A stretch of DNA of 64,000 bases from Nitrososphaeria archaeon. GTDB lineage: Archaea > Thermoproteota > Nitrososphaeria > JACIWG01. Positions 33,329-42,042 of the stretch are shown piece by piece. The notes below the pieces were generated by a model. That model made no database searches and was not told the origin of the DNA. It saw only the letters and a program-made list of their open reading frames with translations. The stretch is from the NCBI GenBank assembly GCA_963752255.1, contig CAVVXT010000005.1, positions 42,168 through 106,167 of the forward strand, written 5' to 3'. Within the stretch, counting starts at the first letter, position 1; the number at the start of each line of letters is the position of its first letter. A program made the translations under genes and the position numbers.

Positions 33329-35007
33329 TGGCCGTCATCCTTTTTTTTATCGTCGCCCTTGCTTGTCGGTGGATTCGGTGGTCCGGTGGATATTTCTATG
33401 GGTTCGGATTCCAAGCATAACATATGTGTGGGGACTATTGCTTGATCTGGGTGCTTGGTGCAAGTGTTATCTTTATAGAACTTGCAACTATTAGAGCAAC
33501 ATTTATCGGTTTTGGGTAAAGTATGGGACACGGTATCGGACACCACAATGTCCGATGTCCCATGCACTTGTTTCGTATCATCGGAAAGTATGGGACAAAC
33601 TGGCTTTGCGGTATATGTACCTGCTTGATTTTGTTTATCGTTTGGCATATATACCAGAAAACCGTTTTGTCCCATACTTTTGTTAAAGTCGGAAATCATT
33701 TCATTTTGCAAATTTTGAGTATCGGACACGGGACAAAGCGGTGTCCCATCCGGTGTCCCAAACTTTTTGGAATCTAACTTTAAACTGCTAACCTTAGATA
33801 GTATGTCAGTAATTGCATATTGCAACTTGTGGAATTTTGCTTTACCCTTCTCCTCTGGGTATTCGATGACGTAACCTCTTTCTCTCATCAAGTCGAGATG
33901 TCTTAGAATAGTTTTTTCTGAAGTTTTAAGGTCCTTCGCTATATCAACCCTTTCCTTCTTGTGAATCTCTGCACCCTCATTTTCTATCTTCTTGCTCTGA
34001 AGACATGCTAGCAGGTTCCTTATTCTGCAGTCTATATCAAGTGTCATTGTCGTTAAAGGTTCTAGTGCGATCTCCAGAGCCTTGTTGAACATTTCTGGGG
34101 TTGCCATGAGAACCTTCTTTTCTCCGATCATTTTGTAAGGAAGCTTTCTTTGATACAGCAGGGAAGTAAGCTTTATGAGTGCAAGGATTTTATCAAAGTC
34201 TCCCCGTGTTCTTAAGTGTGAAGTATTAAGGATCTTCGTTATTGCATTTGGATATGGAACTATCACATAGCAGGGTTCTACCTTTTCGATAACTTGCTCC
34301 ATAACTTTGAATGCAAAATCGTAGTCCGTAATTTTTCTCTTACCAAGATAAACCTCTGAACGCTGTTTTTCTTTCTCCTCTTTAAATGCCAAAATATTTT
34401 TTGTCTGCGCTTCACTCTCATCCGGGTTAACTGCCCACGCTCTCCTATCAAACTGGGAATCAACCATAAACCTTGTTGTTGTAGTGATAACGGTCATTGG
34501 GGGGATCTTGTTCTGCTCGGTTGTGAAGTGTCTGCTTTCTTTATCTCTTATGGTGTATTCAACTAAATATCCACCGTCTTCGGTGCTGAGAAACTTTATA
34601 GTTGAAACCCCCTGCTTCTCTTCGTCAACATAACCCATTTCTTTAATATAAAGAATGTCATAACCGCTTAAGTCGGTGTAGTCTAAGGCATGTTCTGAGA
34701 ATCGACCGACTTCCTTTGTTTTGAAAGCCTTACTTAGTCTTGCCAAAAGACTTTTACCTGCACCTGGTTGACCCATTAAAAGAAGAATCTGGTACAGTTG
34801 AGGGTCAATTTTTCCGCTCTTTCCTGACAATAAGAGAACAAAAATTAACTGTTTGTTCTGATCTTCCCCAGTAATAACTTTATCAAGACATTCTTTTTTC
34901 AAAGAATCAAGTGGGTCATTTGAGTTTAAGATTTCATCTGCTTTTTTAGTAGCTTCTTCTAATATCTGACTTACATCGTCGATTTCTTCAATGTCTTTGT
35001 CAGTCAA
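33325..35007 (-). CDS. MCM-like AAA+ ATPase/replicative helicase with C-terminal winged HTH
   Basis: ITGEDQNKQLIFVLLLSG, Walker A GQPGAGKS, QFDRR, LRTRGDFDKIL, DIAKDLKTSEKTILRHLDLMRERGYV. Confidence 0.7.
   Translation of the reverse strand: MTDKDIEEIDDVSQILEEATKKADEILNSNDPLDSLKKECLDKVITGEDQNKQLIFVLLLSGKSGKIDPQLYQILLLMGQPGAGKSLLARLSKAFKTKEVGRFSEHALDYTDLSGYDILYIKEMGYVDEEKQGVSTIKFLSTEDGGYLVEYTIRDKESRHFTTEQNKIPPMTVITTTTRFMVDSQFDRRAWAVNPDESEAQTKNILAFKEEKEKQRSEVYLGKRKITDYDFAFKVMEQVIEKVEPCYVIVPYPNAITKILNTSHLRTRGDFDKILALIKLTSLLYQRKLPYKMIGEKKVLMATPEMFNKALEIALEPLTTMTLDIDCRIRNLLACLQSKKIENEGAEIHKKERVDIAKDLKTSEKTILRHLDLMRERGYVIEYPEEKGKAKFHKLQYAITDILSKVSSLKLDSKKFGTPDGTPLCPVSDTQNLQNEMISDFNKSMGQNGFLVYMPNDKQNQAGTYTAKPVCPILSDDTKQVHGTSDIVVSDTVSHTLPKTDKCCSNSCKFYKDNTCTKHPDQAIVPTHMLCLESEPIEISTGPPNPPTSKGDDKKKDDGQ
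33518..33760. repeat. Iteron-like repeat cluster; putative replication origin inside the helicase gene
   Basis: AAAGTATGGGACA at 33518 and 33585, inverted at 33668; GTATCGGACAC at 33533 and 33719; CGGTGTCCCA at 33739 and 33751. Confidence 0.7.
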
Positions 35008-35440
35008 GGTTTCGCAACCTCCAAAGAATATATGCTTTCATCTCTCCTTCATTCATAGCTGAGTTTGAGTAGTAGCACCCTGAATGTTCAAAAATATAAT
35101 ACATAAGATTCTTGATTTGCTTATTCGTGAAGTTTGCTTGAAATTTCGATATTAAGTCCTTCATAGGGGTCATCACGAAGTATGCGTAACTTCCCTTCAT
35201 ACGAATAAGACATATTACAACTTCACGTTTCAGACCTAAGTAGTTATACCCAGAAAGGTGCAGTGCATTTTTTAGGGGCAATTGCCGAGCTTCCTTAACG
35301 ATTGGGCAAGCTATCGAAATCTCCTTATCCTTCAGAGCTTCCTTTATGACGGGGCAACCTATAGGAGAATCATTACCAAAAATGTTACTCAAGTTCACTT
35401 CACTCTTTTTCTTCCTATTACATTGTCTTTGAAAAGCCAT
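35000..35440 (-). CDS. Hypothetical protein
   Basis: ORF overlapping the helicase start; internal repeat IGCPVIKEA/IACPIVKEA. Confidence 0.5.
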   Translation of the reverse strand: MAFQRQCNRKKKSEVNLSNIFGNDSPIGCPVIKEALKDKEISIACPIVKEARQLPLKNALHLSGYNYLGLKREVVICLIRMKGSYAYFVMTPMKDLISKFQANFTNKQIKNLMYYIFEHSGCYYSNSAMNEGEMKAYILWRLRNLD

Positions 35441-35769
35441 AGAAAAAATTCTTGTCTCCTCATTTTTCCGTTATGATCTTGGAGTTCTTTGAGAAGTACT
35501 AGGTATTCAGGGTTAGAACTTGGATGGCATAGTTCATAAACTCCATGTGGGCCAGTGGCAAAAATCCAAACTAAGCTTTCCTTTTTTTGCTCGACTTTCT
35601 CTATGAGAGATAGTGCATCTTGGAAGTTTTTAATGCGATCATCAATGAGCTTGATGAGGTTATAGTTCTCAATAAGAATGTTTTTGATGGCATAAAGCTC
35701 AGTGATTCTATGTTTAAGTTCCTCTGGAGAAGGCAAATCTTTATTAGAAACTTTGTTAGAACTACTCAT
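35395..35769 (-). CDS. Hypothetical protein
   Basis: ORF in the overlapping leftward operon; coiled-coil N-terminal half. Confidence 0.55.
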   Translation of the reverse strand: MSSSNKVSNKDLPSPEELKHRITELYAIKNILIENYNLIKLIDDRIKNFQDALSLIEKVEQKKESLVWIFATGPHGVYELCHPSSNPEYLVLLKELQDHNGKMRRQEFFLWLFKDNVIGRKRVK

Positions 35770-35930
35770 GAGCCTTCATTTCCAACATCACTTCCTGCAT
35801 CCGTAGGCTTGGGCGTTCCAGCGCCCTCTTTCCCTTTTCCTAAAATATTTTGAATTTTGTCAGAAAATTCTTTGGCTTCTCTCACTTTTGTCTCAAGCTC
35901 ATCCAAGAATTTCGTTTCATTGTTTTTCAA
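35766..35930 (-). CDS. Small hypothetical protein (54 aa, absent from ORF track)
   Basis: TTG start after GGTG; MKNNETKFLDELETKVREAKEF...; stop overlaps next ATG (ATGA). Confidence 0.5.
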   Translation of the reverse strand: MKNNETKFLDELETKVREAKEFSDKIQNILGKGKEGAGTPKPTDAGSDVGNEGS

Positions 35931-36057
35931 TGACCGCACCTTTTTTAAAGTCCAAGAGTTTCAGGAGAAATGAATCGTAGGACTCATCTTTCCTCATAAA
36001 CTCTTTCAATTTTCTATGAGTTTCTTTCTTGAGGATTATAGTGGTGTATTCTCCCAA
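35917..36057 (-). CDS. Small RHH/antitoxin-like DNA-binding protein (46 aa, absent from ORF track)
   Basis: MGEYTTIILKKETHRKLKEFMRKDESYDSFLLKLLD, a beta-helix-helix pattern. Confidence 0.7.
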   Translation of the reverse strand: MGEYTTIILKKETHRKLKEFMRKDESYDSFLLKLLDFKKGAVIEKQ

Positions 36058-36099
36058 ATTAATCAATCAGCTTGATTATATATTCCCTATAAAGTTATA

Positions 36100-36114
36100 T
36101 ACTCAAGTTGAGTA
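36100..36114. promoter_or_regulatory. Palindromic operator between divergent regulators
   Basis: TACTCAA-G-TTGAGTA perfect 7-1-7 inverted repeat overlapping TTATATA. Confidence 0.55.
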
Positions 36115-36130
36115 AAGTAGTAGAGTAAGA

Positions 36131-36940
36131 GTGCAATCCCCAAAATATGATTCAAAAATTTGGAAGGTATTAGAGCTATGTTCAACTCCTAAACGGTTTT
36201 CTGAATTAAAGAAAAACCTCGATATAACCGATGAGGGTTTAAGCAAAAACCTTCAAAGTCTAATTAAGCAAGGTTTAATCAGAAAAACTTTAGAAGGATT
36301 GTATGAAGCTACAGATAAAGGAAAGGAAGTTGTTGAGAAAGAAGATAATGCTGAGACTGCTAGAAGGGATACAACCGTAAATTTGAAGCTGAGAAGGTTA
36401 GAAAAGACGGGGATAATGTTGGAATTGTTGAAAGGTTTTATATCTCAATACATATATAGTACTTTTGAACCTCCTGATTCTTGTGAAACGTTTGGGTTAG
36501 AAGGAAAGAAGCTGTCAGAAGCTCAAGAACGTAATGAGAAAGAAGGCCATAGAATTGAAGCTCTCAGAAATTTAGCTCCTCAGATAACGGATAAGATTAG
36601 GCTTTTGCACATGATAATTAATGAATATGATTATAGTTATAGGGAAATTTATCCCGATATATATGAGGCAGTTAGCATGATTTTAAAGTATGGTGAACTT
36701 GATCCTAGCAAGGTCTATATTGGTGAGATAGAAAAATGGTGGAAGAAAAAAGATGATATGAAAGAATATTGTCGTATAATACTTTCACATATAATACCTT
36801 CAGATATTTGGCCAGATGGGACTAAACAATTCTTTGATAAAACGGAAGCGTTTGTTCAATCAAAGAGCTATCAGATATTACCTGATGAGCTAAAAGAACC
36901 TTTTTGGCGTCCTGCATCTCTAACTTCATCAACTATGTAA
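36131..36940 (+). CDS. Winged-HTH transcriptional regulator with unknown C-terminal domain
   Basis: PKRFSELKKNLDITDEGLSKNLQSLIKQGLI...YEATDKG. Confidence 0.75.
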   Translation: MQSPKYDSKIWKVLELCSTPKRFSELKKNLDITDEGLSKNLQSLIKQGLIRKTLEGLYEATDKGKEVVEKEDNAETARRDTTVNLKLRRLEKTGIMLELLKGFISQYIYSTFEPPDSCETFGLEGKKLSEAQERNEKEGHRIEALRNLAPQITDKIRLLHMIINEYDYSYREIYPDIYEAVSMILKYGELDPSKVYIGEIEKWWKKKDDMKEYCRIILSHIIPSDIWPDGTKQFFDKTEAFVQSKSYQILPDELKEPFWRPASLTSSTM

Positions 36941-37111
36941 ATACCATATTGAGCATTTTTCACTCTTATCAGAATATAATCCCAGATTGTCCCAAATTTG
37001 GTCAATTTTATCAGGATTCTTTCTTATCCATTCGTAAACATCCCATTCTAAAAGCTGTTGATTATGACCATTTTCTAATTTACAATTAGTGCAGGTGTAC
37101 TTGATTCGTGG

Positions 37112-37672
37112 TTGAATAGGATAATTTTTAATCGTCTTAGGTTAAAGAGAGGGGAAGGCAGGTTTACGAATGGCAAAGGATGGATGGAGATAGAGAGACC
37201 TTTGGCGGTTGATGTTATAACTAAGAAAAGTGCCGTGCAGGAGACTAAGGAGGAAGTTAAGGCCGTACAGGGCGAGGTATGCGACATGGTTAACGGTGAG
37301 GATAAGAAGCAGCTTTGTAAGATCGTCCTTGAAAAGCACTCTAACATGGAGATCTCAACGAAGGAGGCTGAGGAACAGTTGAGCGACCTAACGGGGGAGG
37401 ACATCAAGCTGGTGGAGGAACCGGACTGGAAGCTCCTTGGACAGGACCGGGATAAGTTAGAGTCGTGGGCGACAGCCGTATGCATGACCTACGAAGTAGA
37501 GGATGAAAGCAAGATCAATGCCTGCGTCGACGTGATCGATAACATCGTCAAAGGGCAGGAGACCGTCGATAGTGGTTCGCAGAAGATTGGGAAACTTATG
37601 AGGGAGGATCCTGAGGAGGTCGCTAAAACCCTCATGGTCACGGCCCCTAATGCTGAAACAGAAAATAAATAA
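37112..37672 (+). CDS. Hypothetical acidic protein with two internal Cys-pair repeats
   Basis: VCDMV...LCKIV and VCMTY...ACVDV repeats; GC-richer codon use than flanks. Confidence 0.55.
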   Translation: MNRIIFNRLRLKRGEGRFTNGKGWMEIERPLAVDVITKKSAVQETKEEVKAVQGEVCDMVNGEDKKQLCKIVLEKHSNMEISTKEAEEQLSDLTGEDIKLVEEPDWKLLGQDRDKLESWATAVCMTYEVEDESKINACVDVIDNIVKGQETVDSGSQKIGKLMREDPEEVAKTLMVTAPNAETENK

Positions 37673-37841
37673 TGGCATGCAATCTTGGCAGTGCATTACA
37701 CCGCCAAGACCCTTTCATGGATGATTTTTTTGTTTACTAGATTTGGTAAACAAACCCAAATTACTTCATAAATCTCGCCGTAATATCAAGCTTGATATGA
37801 GTGTTGGGTAAATATGGTGTCCTATACTATAACATAAGCCA

Positions 37842-38060
37842 TTAAAGAGCGCCTTTCCTGTACAGGTCTGACTTTAAGTTCTTTATTTCCGTTAAGGTAG
37901 CGTTTATGTTCTGCTGTATCTTATCCTGGTTGTCGCACACCACCTTAAACTTGTCGTCCTGGCTGTCTTTAAAGGACCTGAGCATGTTCTTTTCCTCGTT
38001 CAACGCCGCTATGATCAGGTACTGCGCTTCCCTATTGGACAGCTTCCCCTTTGCGATCAT
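37842..38060 (-). CDS. Small coiled-coil hypothetical protein
   Basis: ORF track; heptad-like pattern. Confidence 0.45.
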   Translation of the reverse strand: MIAKGKLSNREAQYLIIAALNEEKNMLRSFKDSQDDKFKVVCDNQDKIQQNINATLTEIKNLKSDLYRKGAL

Positions 38061-38440
38061 CTTCTTTATCAGTTAACGGATTCGGGTGCAACTTTACCGG
38101 ATTGGTAAACAACACGGATCCAAAATTGATTGAACAGAAAAATAATATAAAAAGTTGGTTCTGTTCAATGCGTTTTTTTGCAAATCGAATATTCCAACAT
38201 GTTGGCGATCGTTCAACTTGATATCGGTTTGCATGAGAGCGTTATGATAGTCGATTGAACACAGGGGCATCTGTCTGAGCCGTTGTGCGGAATGATCTGG
38301 AATTTGCGATTTTGTTTTTTGTTGATTGAACAACGCTTGGCTCAACGCAGTCTAACATTTTCTAAAACGTTTTTTTATCAAGACCTCTACTTTACCAGTT
38401 TGGTGAACACTTATATAACCAAATCAGTTAAGTACCAAAA

Positions 38441-38590
38441 AAGAGTACACATCCTACCGTAAAGCTGTTGAAACTGATGAGCTGCCTTGTGATGTTAGGC
38501 AGCGGGGAAGGGGACATCGCATCGGATTCATTTGTAGGATCTGGAACCTCGGCGTTGGCGTGTAAGATTTTGAACAGGCACTACTGCAAC
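38441..38590 (+). pseudogene. C-terminal remnant of an N4/N6 (beta-class) DNA methyltransferase
   Basis: HPTVKLLKLMSCLV...GDIASDSFVGSGTSALACKILNRHY, a decayed HPT.KP...DPFxGSGT motif. Confidence 0.75.
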
Positions 38591-38901
38591 CAAGATTTAA
38601 ACTTCCTACTTTGACACCCTCTCATAGCTAGAAAGCCTCACCTTCCTCTATTAATATACGTATGTTATTATCCATTAAATTTTGGTACATATCAACCCTA
38701 CCCAAAATGTTTAAGATTACATTAGGAATAATACCTGCAAAGGCAAAACTTCTAGATAACCAAAAGGGAAGTATAAGGTAACTTCACCAGTAACCTAAAT
38801 GGCTAACAAATAGGACATAGCCCAGAAAGTCAAATTTTATGTAAAAGTCTGCAGGGCGAACGTGGAGGCCGTCTGAAGTTTCAGCTACGAGCGTACGCTT
38901 T

Positions 38902-39099
38902 TTATTCCTGTCTTACGATTTTCGCTCTTTCGTGGAGGTTGCGCTGGATTTCTTCTATTCTCAGCCTGACCGCTTCTTTGACGAACTCGCTTCTTGAAGT
39001 GTAGCCTAGTTCAGCGTGTTTTATGATCTCGTCTGCCATGTTAAGTAGATCCTCTGGCAGCTGTACTGTTTTCCAGCCGCGTTTTTGAGCATGTTCCAT
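38902..39099 (-). CDS. CopG/NikR-type RHH regulator
   Basis: TVQLPEDLL...GYTSRSEFVKEAVR. Confidence 0.85.
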   Translation of the reverse strand: MEHAQKRGWKTVQLPEDLLNMADEIIKHAELGYTSRSEFVKEAVRLRIEEIQRNLHERAKIVRQE

Positions 39100-39183
39100 G
39101 GTTCTTCCCTTGATTCTTATGATATGTATGCGATAAGCTTATATATGTTTTTAGGTTAACCATAACATTATCATGTGATATGA

Positions 39184-39495
39184 ATGAGATATAGGGGTGT
39201 ACAACTTCCAGAAGGTTTAGCGGAAAGGGTTAGACATCTTATTACCGAGCATAAGGAGCTCGGATACGCGAGCGTGAAGGAATTTGTCCAAGATTCCGTG
39301 AGAAGAAGGGTTGAGCAGACAGAAAAACTCATGGAATATGAAATGCATGATATAGGAGAGGCTGCCAAAAATTTTGGCCACCAGTCACTTCAGCAGCGTG
39401 ATAAGGCTTCTCAAGCGGCTTCTAACAGCACTGATGTCCCAAATAATGACAGGCAGGCCAGCTCCTTAAGCCCCACAGAACATTGTGAAATGTGA
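39184..39495 (+). CDS. CopG-type RHH regulator with C-terminal extension
   Basis: GVQLPEGLA...GYASVKEFVQDSVR. Confidence 0.8.
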   Translation: MRYRGVQLPEGLAERVRHLITEHKELGYASVKEFVQDSVRRRVEQTEKLMEYEMHDIGEAAKNFGHQSLQQRDKASQAASNSTDVPNNDRQASSLSPTEHCEM

Positions 39496-40274
39496 GGGAG
39501 AAGGTCATGTTGACACAAGTGATTGGGCTAGGAGTAGTAGGAAAGGCTCAAGCGTTTCTACTAAGCAAACTAGGACATAAGGTCTACGGCTACGACATAC
39601 GAGCAGTTCAACCAGAACAGTACTTCACATTATGCAATGACCCCATCCAAGACGTTGACATTTCATTTATTTGCACACCTGAAAATGCCGCTAATGAGGT
39701 TATTGAGAAGTTGAAACATTATGGCGTGAAAGGTTTAATTGTCATAAAGAGTACGGTTCCAGTTGGCACAATTAACTGTTTAATGAAAGATTTTGATATT
39801 CATATTTGTTATAATCCTGAGTTTCTAAGAGGGAAGTGTTCTTTTGAGGATGTGCTCAACCCTAGGAGAATAGTTATTGGTGAATGTTGCAGTGAACACG
39901 GAAACATTCTTAAACAAATCTACAAGCCTCTGGGTCAACCGATATATCGGACAGATCCAACGACAGGTGAATTAATCAAACTTGTTTCAAACAGCTTACG
40001 GGCGGTTAACATAAGTTTTTGGAATCAACTCTACCTTTTATGCAGACAAGTTGATGCCGATATAAAAATTGTTGCTGAAGCTGCTGATTCTGGCAAAGTG
40101 TTAGGAGAATGGGAAGGCGGGAAATGGGGCACAAAACGGTTTGGTGAGCCTTACGATGGTAAGTGTCTGGATAAAGATTTAGACCATTTATTTAAAGCAT
40201 TTTGTGAGTGCGGTGTTGATCCTTCAATCTTAGAAGCTACTAAAAAGTTTAATGAGCAGTTGAAGGAGATGTAG
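39492..40274 (+). CDS. Short UDP-glucose/GDP-mannose dehydrogenase family protein (HasB-like)
   Basis: VIGLGVVG, IKSTVPVG, NPEFLRG, ELIKLVSN, catalytic GKCLDKD; lacks the C-terminal UDP-binding domain. Confidence 0.85.
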   Translation: MREKVMLTQVIGLGVVGKAQAFLLSKLGHKVYGYDIRAVQPEQYFTLCNDPIQDVDISFICTPENAANEVIEKLKHYGVKGLIVIKSTVPVGTINCLMKDFDIHICYNPEFLRGKCSFEDVLNPRRIVIGECCSEHGNILKQIYKPLGQPIYRTDPTTGELIKLVSNSLRAVNISFWNQLYLLCRQVDADIKIVAEAADSGKVLGEWEGGKWGTKRFGEPYDGKCLDKDLDHLFKAFCECGVDPSILEATKKFNEQLKEM

Positions 40275-40276
40275 AA

Positions 40277-41470
40277 ATGATAGTAGAAATACTTGAATTT
40301 TTGAGGATGCTTGAAACAGGGGAGATATATTGGCTCCCCTTTCACCTCCTAATATTCATAGTCCTATCCCTTAGCCTTAGAGACTTCCTCGCAAATAGGC
40401 ATAAACCTTCTATCTACGCAGATGAAGATCCTCCTGTGAGCGTGATAATTCCAACATACAAGGAAAATCCAGATATACTTAGGAACTGTGTTAGAGCCGC
40501 CGCCAACGACAAACCGGAGGAAATAATAATCATACATGATGATGGACTGGATTCAGTGGAGCGGATAGGTAGAGAGTTCGGTGCGACTGTAATTTCATTT
40601 CCTAAAAGGGTTGGAAAGAGGAAAGCAATGGTTGAAGGGTGGAAACGAGCCAAATATGATATAATTGTGCACCTTGATGGGGACGAAATCGTTGAGAATG
40701 GATGTTTAGGAGAGCTGGTTAAACCCCTTCAAGACGCCAAAGTTGTAGGGGTAGGGGGTAGAAGTGTTGCCTATCTAAATACCCACCCCAACGGGCTCGG
40801 TAGTTGGATAGCTTGGAGGCTGAGCATATTACAGGAAATTAACAGAGGTTTCACGTGTAAAGCACTTAGACCGCATTTGGTAAATATAGATGGAAGGGTT
40901 AACGCGTGGAGAAGGAGCTTTCTGCTGAAGCACGAAAAAGATTTTCTTAACGATATGTTCATGGGAAAACGTTCAGATATAGGAGATGACAGGTACCTTA
41001 CGCAGGCGGCTAATCTCGAAGGCTGGAATACCACATATCAGGAATCGGCAATAGCGGGAACAGCCAGTCCAGCAAGTTTCAAAGACTATGTTAAACAACA
41101 GCTCCGCTGGACGAGAAGCGGATACAAGTTTTTCTATCTAGACATTAAAAGAGGATTGAGGAATGTGACATGGTTTTATTACCTATCTCAAGTGTTCTTT
41201 TATGGGGCGGCTGTCAGTTTCCTCTTTGCCATCATACATGACACCTTCTTGATTCCTCCGGTGTATGGGCTCTCATTGGGGACCTTACCTGTTGTAATGT
41301 TTCTTGGTTCCTCGCTAGTTGCGGTTATAGGAATGCTTTTCGCTGGGCGTAGGCAGGTTAAGTTAAGAGAGTTCCTATGCTTTGGTCTAATTGGGGTTTT
41401 GGTGATGTTTCCCACCACACTCTATGCGATGTTTACTGTGCGGAAACAGTCAACTTGGGGAACAAGATGA
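40277..41470 (+). CDS. Processive GT2, class-I hyaluronan-synthase-like
   Basis: DDG, GKRKA, DGD, IGDDRYLT, QQLRW, C-terminal WGTR and TM helices. Confidence 0.8.
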   Translation: MIVEILEFLRMLETGEIYWLPFHLLIFIVLSLSLRDFLANRHKPSIYADEDPPVSVIIPTYKENPDILRNCVRAAANDKPEEIIIIHDDGLDSVERIGREFGATVISFPKRVGKRKAMVEGWKRAKYDIIVHLDGDEIVENGCLGELVKPLQDAKVVGVGGRSVAYLNTHPNGLGSWIAWRLSILQEINRGFTCKALRPHLVNIDGRVNAWRRSFLLKHEKDFLNDMFMGKRSDIGDDRYLTQAANLEGWNTTYQESAIAGTASPASFKDYVKQQLRWTRSGYKFFYLDIKRGLRNVTWFYYLSQVFFYGAAVSFLFAIIHDTFLIPPVYGLSLGTLPVVMFLGSSLVAVIGMLFAGRRQVKLREFLCFGLIGVLVMFPTTLYAMFTVRKQSTWGTR

Positions 41471-42042
41471 AAGTAAAAAGAATCTTAGGTGCAACAATTT
41501 TCTCAATAGGTCTTGTATTAGCAGCATTCGTCTTTATCGTCGTCCAAGTCTTGACCTCTTACCCATTCCACATTTATTTACTGCCTGCCATATCTTTTTC
41601 TCTGCCCATGGGAACTGACAAAGTATTCGGAGCCCTCGCATACGATCAATTGCTGGAAATTGGGGTTGGGTTAGCGTTTATCGGACTATTCATTTGGGGA
41701 GTTTCAAAGTTTGGAAAGATCAATCGAAACGCGATCACCTACGCTTTAGGGTTTACATCGTTTGTTACGGGAAGTATAGGGGCAGTTGTCGTTTATGCAG
41801 ACGCTATCCTTCCTTGGTCTGTTTTTCCGTGGTTTGGAGTTACAGATGGTGGAGGCTATCCTTGGATCACAGAGCGAGTGACGTCTAACACCGGTTTCAT
41901 GAAAATGCCAAGCTATACGCCGAGAGACCCAAATGTTTACTTCCTGAATTACGCCGAAGTGTTGGTTATTTCTGTTTTGCTGGCAATTTTAGGTTTCGTT
42001 CTATATAAAAAGGTAGATCGTGAACACGATGAAGTGGTATAA
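41467..42042 (+). CDS. Hypothetical membrane protein (about 4 TM)
   Basis: ATG overlaps the GT2 stop (ATGA); hydrophobic helices. Confidence 0.65.
   Translation: MKVKRILGATIFSIGLVLAAFVFIVVQVLTSYPFHIYLLPAISFSLPMGTDKVFGALAYDQLLEIGVGLAFIGLFIWGVSKFGKINRNAITYALGFTSFVTGSIGAVVVYADAILPWSVFPWFGVTDGGGYPWITERVTSNTGFMKMPSYTPRDPNVYFLNYAEVLVISVLLAILGFVLYKKVDREHDEVV

Noticed and set aside
38474-38510. Hammerhead-like CTGATGA followed by a GCTGCCT/AGGCAGC stem
   Set aside because: The required GAAA after stem II reads GGGG, and the segment is explained by the methyltransferase remnant.
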